From: Escherichia phage vB_EcoM_Goslar
DNA: 64,000 nucleotides
Sequence record: NC_048170.1
Strand: one strand, 5' to 3'
Shown here: positions 1 through 8,214 of the stretch, piece after piece
Layout of the letters: each line of letters starts with the position of its first letter
How positions within the stretch are numbered: position 1 is the first letter of the stretch
Translations under genes and position numbers: made by a program
The notes under the pieces: generated by a model
The model's input: only the letters and a program-made list of their open reading frames with translations
Database searches by the model: none
What the model was told of the DNA's origin: nothing

Positions 1-726
1 ATCGCGTACGGCGAGACGGCGGACGATGGCTTGTGAACGCAACCAGCCGGGCACTTTCTCCGTCGACATGTAATCCACGGTCATCGACAGCGTGATCTTT
101 TTATCACCCGTCTGTGCGCGGATATAGTCTTCCAGTCGGTCGTAAGCGGCGATATCATGAATGCATGTTTTATACATCAACGACATAGCCACTTCTTCTT
201 TACGGACTGTCCCGTACGTTTTCCCTGCGTCAATCAGAAACTCCGCCCAAATCGGCACCATCAGACGGACGTAGATCGCTAACGCCGTTAACTCAACGTA
301 ATCATTTCGTAAATAGGTTTTCTCAGGTATGTCATCCTCACCTAATGTTGTTTTCATGTCCGGTGGTAATTTTACCCAACCTGGGGTATTACACAACGCC
401 AGAATCTCTTCATACACAACCGGTTTGTAAATTTCACCAACAGCGCGACTCAACTCCTCCATTTGTTGTTGTGGAGCAATGTAGTTATCCATCGCTTCAC
501 GTGCTTTAACGAACCCTTCGAAGATGTCGTCAATTCGACGTGGGTTCTTTTGTTCTATCCAGGCGAGATACTTGTTAATCTCCCGCATCTGATTGCTAGC
601 CATATCCCCATCAATCTTGATGTAACCCTGGCCTGAAAATTCCACAGTACGTCCATCACGATGTTTGATGAGATAGTGATCCAGCTTTTCTTTTCCTTGC
701 GTCGTAATGACGGGCACTATGTGCAT
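1..726 (-). CDS. hypothetical protein, N-terminal 242 codons; gene continues past window start
   Basis: Open minus-strand frame from ATG at 726 to the window edge (MHIVPVITTQGKEKLDHY...); not in the ORF track because no stop lies in the window. Confidence 0.5.
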   Translation of the reverse strand, partial: MHIVPVITTQGKEKLDHYLIKHRDGRTVEFSGQGYIKIDGDMASNQMREINKYLAWIEQKNPRRIDDIFEGFVKAREAMDNYIAPQQQMEELSRAVGEIYKPVVYEEILALCNTPGWVKLPPDMKTTLGEDDIPEKTYLRNDYVELTALAIYVRLMVPIWAEFLIDAGKTYGTVRKEEVAMSLMYKTCIHDIAAYDRLEDYIRAQTGDKKITLSMTVDYMSTEKVPGWLRSQAIVRRLAVRD

Positions 727-930
727 AACAACCTCTTTTCGCGGTTCCCTGTTAAAACGTCTTCTGTGACGTCTACCACAAAGGTAATATAAGCGTGAAT
801 AATTTTGGATTCCGGCTGAGTTATCGCTCAGCATGCAAGGCATCCCGCCGAAGCGAGACACCTTGCACTAACGGAAAATATTCGCGTTACCTTCTGAATC
901 GAAGACTCAGAATGCGATGCTAAAGCATTA

Positions 931-1719
931 TTAGAACGCTAAGCCATCAAAGGCTACGGACGGATCATCATCGTCGTTTGCGCTTGGCGCATCCCAACGG
1001 GTATCAGGGGCCGCTGAAGCCGAACTTGATGCGTTAGAGTTACCGTTGTACTGGCCGTTACCAGCATTACGGTTACCGCCGCCGTTGTTATTGTTACGGT
1101 TATAGCTATTGTTGCCATTACTTACGCTACGGCTTTCACCGTCGAAATTGGTTGCGAGGATGCTCGGCAACACCGCACGATGAATACGTACAAATTCCAA
1201 CGCACAAAGCGGAGAAACAACCCCGATCTGTAAAGGTTGCCCAGACTCATCAACCAGAGCGTGGAAGCGCGGTGGCTTGAATACGAATTGGATGTTCGGT
1301 TTTTGGTACGCCGTTACAGCGATATATACCGAACCATCATCGTTCTTACCAACCCATGTTGTACTTTCGGTAATCTGTTTCTTCTTACCTGGGTTATTGC
1401 GATCGTCGATAACCTTTTCGTTCTTCATCGCAAAACGTTGGCCTGGTTTACCCTTAGCAACCTGCTCGAGGATCGCAAGCAGGTTATAGAACGCGTATGA
1501 GCTCATGCGTGCCCAAATGCTTTCAGCGCGACCCTGCTGGTCTTTACGACCGGTGTAAACCGTGATACGCGGTTGATTCTTAGCAACGCTAATTTTCAAT
1601 GAGGGGATTGAATTACCGCCCTCAACCTTTTCGTCCGCCCACAGTTTCCAGTTGTTGTCGTCATACGCTGTAGGAATAATGTTTCCTTGTGGTTTACTGC
1701 CCGAATTCCAATTGCTCAT
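931..1719 (-). CDS. hypothetical protein, possibly ssDNA-binding (N/G-rich linker and acidic C-terminal tail)
   Basis: 262-aa ORF with GAGG RBS upstream; C-terminus NNNNGGGNRNAGNGQYNGNS...DDDDPSVAFDGLAF resembles the flexible linker plus acidic tip of SSB-type proteins. Fold not verified. Confidence 0.4.
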   Translation of the reverse strand: MSNWNSGSKPQGNIIPTAYDDNNWKLWADEKVEGGNSIPSLKISVAKNQPRITVYTGRKDQQGRAESIWARMSSYAFYNLLAILEQVAKGKPGQRFAMKNEKVIDDRNNPGKKKQITESTTWVGKNDDGSVYIAVTAYQKPNIQFVFKPPRFHALVDESGQPLQIGVVSPLCALEFVRIHRAVLPSILATNFDGESRSVSNGNNSYNRNNNNGGGNRNAGNGQYNGNSNASSSASAAPDTRWDAPSANDDDDPSVAFDGLAF

Positions 1720-1791
1720 TTTCAGCCTCGTTACGTAGTTGAATCAATTTCTGGTTCAGATGATAGTTAATATTAGTTAAAAATTACAGCC

Positions 1792-2625
1792 TCAGCGGAA
1801 CATGTCCAACAGAAAACGTTTTGCAAAGGGGTCGCGTAACTGGTTGACACCGAAGCGTGTACGGTCTTCCGTTGTTAATGGATTCCACTGACTCTGTTTC
1901 GCAAGATCTAACAGCATCCTTTTTATTTTCACCGGCCCACTGTTAAACTGTACGGCTTGGTCACCGAACGTTCCCAAGGTCATCTTTGTAAATGGAAGAT
2001 TCGCAACCTCTGGACGATCCCCACCAGTAAGTTTAGTCGACCACTGATGTTTTCGTTTCAAGGTTCCGGTATGGCTCTCTACCAAAATAAGTTCACCAAA
2101 ACCGGTTCTTGCCAACAAGTCAGAAACATAGTGCGTGGTGATATACGATGTCTTGGTTATCGCGGGTAATTTACAATCCATCGATTCGATATTAGGGAGT
2201 CGATCTACAGACGCCATCAACCCACGATAAAGTGTAGCGAGTCCTTTTTGTTTTTCGGTGTGTGGCTCCTTATGTATAGCGTGCGGATAAACACGCTTTA
2301 TTGACGCATAGGTTGGCGCATATATCCGCAAGCGAATGTGGGGAACGAGTTCATTCACCAACTGTCTTAGCTGCAGTAACTCGTTTTGAAAATCCCCTGT
2401 TATCATCGATAACGGTAATTTATGTTGTTCAACGTCTTCAAAGCTTTCAACGAAATTGCGTGCTAAAGTACGCAGGTTGAACAACCAATCCATCGGTGTT
2501 TCTGGCTGTTGCTGTACTGCTGATAATGTTGCTGACGTCCCTACCGATAAAGGATAATCACCTAACGTGCGGGCGTACATATCGCTCATACCCCACAACT
2601 CCTTCTTATCATGGCAACGTATCAA
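1792..2625 (-). CDS. hypothetical protein
   Basis: 277-aa ORF in the minus-strand gene array, short overlap with the downstream gene. Confidence 0.6.
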   Translation of the reverse strand: MIRCHDKKELWGMSDMYARTLGDYPLSVGTSATLSAVQQQPETPMDWLFNLRTLARNFVESFEDVEQHKLPLSMITGDFQNELLQLRQLVNELVPHIRLRIYAPTYASIKRVYPHAIHKEPHTEKQKGLATLYRGLMASVDRLPNIESMDCKLPAITKTSYITTHYVSDLLARTGFGELILVESHTGTLKRKHQWSTKLTGGDRPEVANLPFTKMTLGTFGDQAVQFNSGPVKIKRMLLDLAKQSQWNPLTTEDRTRFGVNQLRDPFAKRFLLDMFR

Positions 2626-3751
2626 GCCAAGCAGAAACCTTTAAGGCATCAACGTTCGGGTATTTATTACGAATGCGTTCGACCAACAAACGCTTAACGT
2701 TGTCCTTTGTCAAGTCTCCACCTTTCTCGATAACGTTATTGACAAAACTGTTCTTTAATAGCGACTGGTTGTTCTTGGCATCCGTTTTAATTGACCAGAC
2801 AAAACCTGGATACAAAGAAGGAATAGAACGAAACGTTTTCGCCGCATCGTCTTCCTTATCGCAGCGTATTCGAATATGATCGCCCTTCTTCAGTGGAGCC
2901 AATTCCCGTTCCAACACACGGACAATTTCATCTCCAACAAGACCATGCAGTTTTATCGTCTTATAGACATCTGCTTTCTTGTTCTCAACAAATTCCCACT
3001 GGTCGTTAAACGATTCTGTTAACGTATAACGGAGATACCCCTTTGGACCTTCTTCGCCGTGCGCCAAGCGACCAAACGAACCGCCAACCATGATACGTCC
3101 TTTCTGGGATTGTAAGTGGATGTGCCCGCTCACAATCCATCCCTGGGTCTTCTCTACCATTGCGTTATACGCATCACTGCTATGAACACATGTTGCTTTT
3201 AACGCTTCTGGTGGAAGCTGATATTCGAACGCGCCATGCATCAGAATAAAGTCTGGCGATCCCTTCTCATCAATAAGTCGGTTCACGGCCGACAACGTCA
3301 CATCCGGATCGTGGCTGTAGTTATCTGGAAGATAAAGCACTTTTAAACCAAAGTCTTCATCAACCATGCAGAGGTCATCGTAATAACGAACTTTCGCTCC
3401 TATCTCCATGACCTCGTTCTGTTCAACGAACCACTGACTTTGCTTCTGGTCGTGTAAATTGGTACCCTCAAGAAAGATCAACGTAATATCGTGTTTTCTC
3501 GCATACCGTAACAACCAGGTACCCCAGGCACGAACAGCAACCACATCACTCGTCACAAATGTCGTAATACGATCGAAGACATCGCCACTGAACGTAATCA
3601 CATCAAGCAGCGCAGGATCTTCTTTTGTAATGTAATAACGCAGTTGGCTAATCAGGTTTACTGTCGGTGTTTGACGATGGATAAAGTGAATATCCGACAA
3701 ATTGATTCCACGTAATACCCCAGGCGTTTTATTTCGACTGAAGTCTCGCAT
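2609..3751 (-). CDS. calcineurin-like metallophosphoesterase, SbcD/Mre11 (T4 gp47-like) nuclease family
   Basis: Ordered phosphoesterase motifs in the translation: INLSDIHF (D-x-H), FSGDVFD (GD), EGTNLHD (GNH-D-like), LMHGAF (H), VSGHIHL (GH-x-H). Confidence 0.6.
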   Translation of the reverse strand: MRDFSRNKTPGVLRGINLSDIHFIHRQTPTVNLISQLRYYITKEDPALLDVITFSGDVFDRITTFVTSDVVAVRAWGTWLLRYARKHDITLIFLEGTNLHDQKQSQWFVEQNEVMEIGAKVRYYDDLCMVDEDFGLKVLYLPDNYSHDPDVTLSAVNRLIDEKGSPDFILMHGAFEYQLPPEALKATCVHSSDAYNAMVEKTQGWIVSGHIHLQSQKGRIMVGGSFGRLAHGEEGPKGYLRYTLTESFNDQWEFVENKKADVYKTIKLHGLVGDEIVRVLERELAPLKKGDHIRIRCDKEDDAAKTFRSIPSLYPGFVWSIKTDAKNNQSLLKNSFVNNVIEKGGDLTKDNVKRLLVERIRNKYPNVDALKVSAWLDTLP

Positions 3752-4533
3752 CAGAATTCCTCTAGGTTGCTGCTGCTAATAGTCCCCGTCGTAGACGGCA
3801 TGTTTCTACTGCTCGCTGACGCTGTTGTTGAAGAAGTTCTGGCTAGATTCAATCCATTTAATAACCCACGCTCTTTTACCGTACGACGTGAACCATCACG
3901 AACGTCGTAAAGGGGTACGTTATAATGGTCAAAAATCCGAAGCCATTGCACGTAATCAGCAACAACATGGTCTTTGCTTTCATTCGGGGCAAAGCGATCA
4001 AGCTGATGGTCGACGTAAGCTTTAGCGCTTTCAGGATTGAAGTTATACTGTCGACGTGCTTTGTCCACCATCGCGAGGAAACATGTGTTGGGGTCACGAT
4101 TGATGTATGAACGTGTCCGGATAAAGATAGCCGGTACCGTAAACAGAACCTTGTTGTTATTCCCATCAGCAACGATGTTAACCGCGCGATGTGGTTGGCC
4201 TGCTATCTTGCACCAATCGTGAACAATGGTACTATTACTCAGCATCTCCGCGTATTCAGGATCCTGTGAAAACATTCCTGCGAACGGATACAAGAAATGT
4301 TTAACAAACAGCGACTCAGGCAGGATGTTGGGACGCGTCATCTCTTGTAAACCTTTTCGTAGAAGCTCGCTGTTGTCTACCAGCTCCTGCCACATGTCTG
4401 GTCGTGTTTTCGGGATGGACGGATCCTGAGCGCGGCGAATGCGCTCTTCCTCATTTACAACCACTACCCCAGCCGGATACCCCAATAAATCCGTTCCTTC
4501 GCTAACGTTGCTGTTAGTTTGGCGCGCCTTCAT
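3751..4533 (-). CDS. hypothetical protein
   Basis: 260-aa ORF, start overlaps stop of upstream gene, same strand array. Confidence 0.6.
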   Translation of the reverse strand: MKARQTNSNVSEGTDLLGYPAGVVVVNEEERIRRAQDPSIPKTRPDMWQELVDNSELLRKGLQEMTRPNILPESLFVKHFLYPFAGMFSQDPEYAEMLSNSTIVHDWCKIAGQPHRAVNIVADGNNNKVLFTVPAIFIRTRSYINRDPNTCFLAMVDKARRQYNFNPESAKAYVDHQLDRFAPNESKDHVVADYVQWLRIFDHYNVPLYDVRDGSRRTVKERGLLNGLNLARTSSTTASASSRNMPSTTGTISSSNLEEF

Positions 4534-4921
4534 TTACTTCCTCCTGCCACTTGATAAAATTACCACGCTCGGATCGCAGAACACCACCCAAATCGTACGA
4601 TATACCTTTCTCTGTGACAATCCCACCAATCTGGAGATCAACACGTTCCGTCGTCGGATCGATATACTTGACGCGGACTTTCAATTCCACGCGATCGTAA
4701 TAACGCATTAAATAATCATACAACATCCGGTATGTCGCATCTTCCAATTTGGGTGCGCTATACTGCGATGTTGCAATGAGGTACGGTAATGAAACGATAG
4801 AGCCTTGGTAGCAATACGACTGGGAATAATTCGATATTGCAAAATTGGTCATTAACCCATCCAGCTTTTTTCCCGACGCGGTTAAAAAGCTTGACAGCCC
4901 AGGTAATGGATTCGATGCCAT
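4514..4921 (-). CDS. hypothetical protein
   Basis: 135-aa ORF in the minus-strand array. Confidence 0.55.
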   Translation of the reverse strand: MASNPLPGLSSFLTASGKKLDGLMTNFAISNYSQSYCYQGSIVSLPYLIATSQYSAPKLEDATYRMLYDYLMRYYDRVELKVRVKYIDPTTERVDLQIGGIVTEKGISYDLGGVLRSERGNFIKWQEEVNEGAPN

Positions 4922-4934
4922 GAGGAACTCCTCT

Positions 4935-5384
4935 TTAAGCGTAATTCATTCCAACCAATCTATCGTAGTTAGGCATATGTCCTAACTCCAGTTCGACAGG
5001 CATGGATACATTGGTGCGCGGCGCGTAAAATGTTCGCGTATGCATATCGATATACCCACAGTCCAAATAAACAATATCGGACAACTCCGTCGGATGTTTA
5101 GGCGCGGGAATCTTTAATCGATTATAACACTCAAGCTGCCACCAGGCGTGAAAAAAGTTATTGTAGGCGTACGATTTACTGTTAGCAATTTTAAGACCGT
5201 AGATCACCCATAACGCCGCCATGAAGTTGGTCGCGTTAATTCGCATCGGTTGTTCATTATTGAGCATGTACGTGTAGGTAAATAACGGTGTGTTACCATC
5301 ACCGAAACGTCCGACCAGGGTATTGTTCGTGTGTTCGACCTCAAAGGAAAAATGCTGGCTGCTATTGCCATCAAAATGGATCAT
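4935..5384 (-). CDS. hypothetical protein (start trimmed relative to ORF track)
   Basis: ORF track gives 4935..5474, but its first 30 codons translate the upstream terminator hairpin and U-tract (GRGCPFFFIFV). An internal ATG at 5384 is preceded by GAGGAG at 6-nt spacing. Confidence 0.5.
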   Translation of the reverse strand: MIHFDGNSSQHFSFEVEHTNNTLVGRFGDGNTPLFTYTYMLNNEQPMRINATNFMAALWVIYGLKIANSKSYAYNNFFHAWWQLECYNRLKIPAPKHPTELSDIVYLDCGYIDMHTRTFYAPRTNVSMPVELELGHMPNYDRLVGMNYA

Positions 5385-5440
5385 TCCGTTCTCCTCAAGC
5401 TTTTTCATTTCATAGAGTGGTGGAAATTCGTAGAAAGTTA

Positions 5441-5490
5441 CAAAAATAAAAAAGAATGGGCAGCCCCTCCCCACCCGAAGGTAGGGAGGG
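5441..5490 (-). terminator. rho-independent terminator (CCCTCCC..GGGAGGG hairpin plus U-tract)
   Basis: Hairpin at 5464..5490 followed on the minus strand by a run of U (plus-strand caaaaataaaaaag at 5441..5454), just downstream of the gene ending at 5504. Confidence 0.5.
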
Positions 5491-5503
5491 ACCGCAAATA
5501 TAC

Positions 5504-5989
5504 TTAAACCAAAGCTGCGATAACGTCGTTAACATTACGGCCTCGCAACTCTGCCGCTAAACGAATAACTTCATCCAGGGAACGGTTTGTACGAATCTTG
5601 GCCACTTTCCAATTTTCAGGATACTGTTCGAAGTTAAGCAACCAAGTCATTACCTTTGCTTGTTCCATACCGTTGAGTTTGATTGTCGTGCGCGGATTGG
5701 CTTTGAACCACTTCTTGCTCAGCTGTGCCATACGGCGAACAGGGTAAGCGTAAGCGCGAGTCCAGTCTTTGGACAGATTGTCGAGTAATTCACAGTAGCT
5801 GTTGTCGTAGTCTTTGTTGATACGACGTAATAACCAGTTGGCGGTCATCTGATAAAGTTTATCATCTTCACGTAACCGCATACCCGCTACTGCTAAATAA
5901 ACGATAAGACCTGCGCCCAGGATGAGAGACAGGATAAACAGAATTTGGGTTTCTTGTGCTAAAGTCATTTTACTATCCTCGGATTTCAT
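5504..5989 (-). CDS. hypothetical membrane protein
   Basis: 161-aa ORF with one N-terminal hydrophobic helix (ILFILSLILGAGLIVYLAVAGM). Confidence 0.55.
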   Translation of the reverse strand: MKSEDSKMTLAQETQILFILSLILGAGLIVYLAVAGMRLREDDKLYQMTANWLLRRINKDYDNSYCELLDNLSKDWTRAYAYPVRRMAQLSKKWFKANPRTTIKLNGMEQAKVMTWLLNFEQYPENWKVAKIRTNRSLDEVIRLAAELRGRNVNDVIAALV

Positions 5990-6087
5990 TAGGATTTAAT
6001 TTCCAATATAAGGGCAATGTGATATGCCTTATACAGTCGATTGATGTTGTACATCACGTAAGTAATATAGCCGTGAAAAATGTTGGA

Positions 6088-6885
6088 TTAACGTGTTCTC
6101 CTATCACGATGCGTATACGACTGAAGACCGATGTCCATATGCGGTAACGTCAGCGTCTGCCAGATCTGTCGTGCGTAACGATCGAGCGTATGATCATCAG
6201 TAACACAATCGACGGGTTCGATGAGGTGAGTCGTATACTGGCTTTTCTCAGAGAAAGGTTCGATGTTAGCTGTATCTCCTAATCCGCTTTTCACCGTGAA
6301 GACAAGACGTGTGACTACCATCGCCTTATGCTGCTGTTCATTATAGCGAAGGCTACGATATACCGCATAGCTCCCTCCTTTTAGGCTTCGGGTATAACGA
6401 AGGTCGGAGGTCGTCTCGGAAATCTGATACAGCATCCAGTCCAACGTATCACGCCAGTACGCATCATCCACATCAGGAACTGTAATACCATACCGCGTAG
6501 GCAGCAGTTCTAAAAGCAATTTATAAAGTCCGCGACGCAAGCCATGCTCTTCTGTTTCCGATAAACCGTTTCCAACATAACGTGAAATACGCGTACGTAA
6601 ATACGTACGGATGAACATATTCGCCATCAGTGTTTTCACTCTGCTACTGGTATCCTCAAAGCGATCAACGCTGAAACTCGTTTCAATCAGCCGTCCATTA
6701 AAATACAATGCGGCAACATACATCGCATTACTGCTATCACGTTCAATGTTTAAACGTCCGCAGATATTGGCTGCGTCGTTCATGGTAAATTCTAACTTAT
6801 CGTGTTCGATACGATAGATAATATCCTCTTGGGTTGCTAGGCTCGCAATACGACGATAGCCCGGAGAAGTACGTTTTACACTCAT
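6088..6885 (-). CDS. hypothetical protein (start trimmed to internal ATG with RBS)
   Basis: ORF track start 6924 abuts the terminator hairpin; ATG at 6885 is preceded by AAAACGAGGACAAUC (GAGGA RBS). Confidence 0.55.
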   Translation of the reverse strand: MSVKRTSPGYRRIASLATQEDIIYRIEHDKLEFTMNDAANICGRLNIERDSSNAMYVAALYFNGRLIETSFSVDRFEDTSSRVKTLMANMFIRTYLRTRISRYVGNGLSETEEHGLRRGLYKLLLELLPTRYGITVPDVDDAYWRDTLDWMLYQISETTSDLRYTRSLKGGSYAVYRSLRYNEQQHKAMVVTRLVFTVKSGLGDTANIEPFSEKSQYTTHLIEPVDCVTDDHTLDRYARQIWQTLTLPHMDIGLQSYTHRDRRTR

Positions 6886-6927
6886 GATTGTCCTCGTTTT
6901 CAATTTTAAGATTGCATGCGGCATAAA

Positions 6928-6952
6928 CCCTCCCCGCCTTATGCAGGGAGGG
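6928..6952 (-). terminator. GC-rich hairpin terminator (CCCTCCC..GGGAGGG family)
   Basis: ccctccc(6928-6934) pairs with gggaggg(6946-6952); followed on the minus strand by UUUAUGCC; sits after the gene ending at 6968. Confidence 0.45.
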
Positions 6953-6967
6953 TAGCCATTAAATGGA

Positions 6968-7606
6968 TTAACCTAATTTACCACCGGCGATGTTGGTGAA
7001 ATCTTCGCCATCAGGAACTTGCAGTAGGATACGTGCCATGTCCCAGTTGGTTAATGTGATTGCTTTATCATCGATACTCAGTTCTGGTAGGTCGAGTTCA
7101 TGATCATCAAACTCGTAGGAAATACTCCACGTTTCGTCTGTTTTAGGATCGGTTATCAACACACCGTCTGTTACACGCATGTAGTCCGGATGCAGTTCAT
7201 TACTGAATGTGCTGAACGGATCGGTGTAACATTCAGCATACCCCTCGATCTGCTGACGCTGTGCCTTCGTACGTAATTCAGGGCATGCCATGATCAGTTG
7301 TCGAGATATGCCGTTTGCGGCACGGAAGTCTTCCACGGTGTTACATGGCATAACCACATCGTCATGGAAGATGTTCTCCGATTGTCTCAGCAAAGTCTTA
7401 CGGAGTTCAGCATAGTTTATCTGATTGAATGCATCGAACGTTGCTAACGATTCAGCGTAAAAATGCTTTACGTGTTCGCTTGCACCGCCGAGACTATTCA
7501 TCAACTTGTGACCGTACTCCATGAAACTTTTATCGAGACCGGAGGACATTTCTCCGAACCTCAGTGCACGATAACTGTCTCGTCCACCTGTAAATATTTG
7601 CGCCAT
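6968..7606 (-). CDS. hypothetical protein
   Basis: 212-aa ORF in the minus-strand array. Confidence 0.6.
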   Translation of the reverse strand: MAQIFTGGRDSYRALRFGEMSSGLDKSFMEYGHKLMNSLGGASEHVKHFYAESLATFDAFNQINYAELRKTLLRQSENIFHDDVVMPCNTVEDFRAANGISRQLIMACPELRTKAQRQQIEGYAECYTDPFSTFSNELHPDYMRVTDGVLITDPKTDETWSISYEFDDHELDLPELSIDDKAITLTNWDMARILLQVPDGEDFTNIAGGKLG

Positions 7607-7621
7607 TACAGGCGTCCTCCT

Positions 7622-7846
7622 TTAGCAATGGGTGTTAGTTGCTTCTATTTCGTCAAGATAAGGTTCTACGTCATCGCCCTCCACGAATTCGTTGAACCAG
7701 CAGTCAATGGTAGAAATAACCGGTGACTGGTGTTCACATTTCTTAGATACCTTAAAAGGTACGTTATTATCCATCATACCGAGTTCGGGTCGAAAACGCC
7801 CGAAATGTTTCGCAGTCCAAATGTCTGGGACGATATGGTTGTTCAT
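7622..7846 (-). CDS. non-virion-type RNAP beta' N-terminal subunit, proposed exon 3 (post-catalytic segment)
   Basis: Translation MNNHIVPDIWTAKHFGRFRPELGMMDNNVPFKVS... aligns with the E. coli beta' segment just after NADFDGD (QMAVHVPL...ALMMSTNNILSP). Proposed 3' splice site after G at 7847. ORF track reports 7622..7861. Confidence 0.5.
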   Translation of the reverse strand: MNNHIVPDIWTAKHFGRFRPELGMMDNNVPFKVSKKCEHQSPVISTIDCWFNEFVEGDDVEPYLDEIEATNTHC

Positions 7847-8201
7847 CGTGGTGTTCAGCATGAGTCGCTACCTCATACCCGCAGCTTTACCTGCAGCTTC
7901 CGGTGTTACCGGAATGTCCAGAATACATCTTATCCATATTCCAAATGGAACGTAGGACTTCCGCGCTGGATCTCGCTTGAGACCACGTATTCGTTGAACG
8001 TTCTCCTGAACGGAGCTTCGCTGCTGATCGAACATTGTCGCGTACGGTAGGCGTCCCCGAAGGGATTGTCATTGAAGCCGCGTACATCCGCTACCTTGTT
8101 TCTACCTTATCGGTTCCTCTTACGAGGCGTAGCGGCCTTAGCCCTTCCCAGCAATTCACGGAATCCAAGCTCTTCCTTTCGGAAGGCAGGGCCTATGATT
8201 A
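7847..8201 (-). mobile_element. group I intron 2 (ORF-less, about 355 nt) in the nvRNAP beta' gene
   Basis: Minus-strand core elements: P AAUUGCUGGGAA (plus 8144..8157), Q AUCAGCAGCG (8019..8028), R GUUCAACGAAUACG (7986..7999), S AAGAUGUAUUCUGG (7918..7931). R and S carry compensatory changes keeping the P7 pairing GAAUAC/GUAUUC. Boundaries obey exon-ends-in-U and intron-ends-in-G. Confidence 0.5.
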
Positions 8202-8214
8202 AGCGTCACCGTCG
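8202..8214 (-). CDS. proposed 13-nt micro-exon (C GAC GGU GAC GCU) supplying the DGD of the beta' NADFDGD motif
   Basis: Joining exon 1 (...AAU GCC GAC UU) + micro-exon + exon 3 (AUG AAC AAC CAU...) gives in-frame ...GYNADFDGDAMNNHIVPDIW..., matching E. coli NADFDGDQMAVHVPL in length. Both flanks obey the U/G splice rules. Hypothesis only. Confidence 0.35.

Noticed and set aside
5409-5474. N-terminal 22 to 30 codons of ORF 4935..5474 (MGRGCPFFFIFV...)
   Set aside because: These codons translate the terminator hairpin and U-tract of the upstream gene; a downstream ATG with a GAGGAG RBS is the more plausible start.
7887-8087. 66-aa minus-strand ORF inside proposed intron 2
   Set aside because: Overlaps the Q and R elements of the intron core; no RBS; translation not protein-like.
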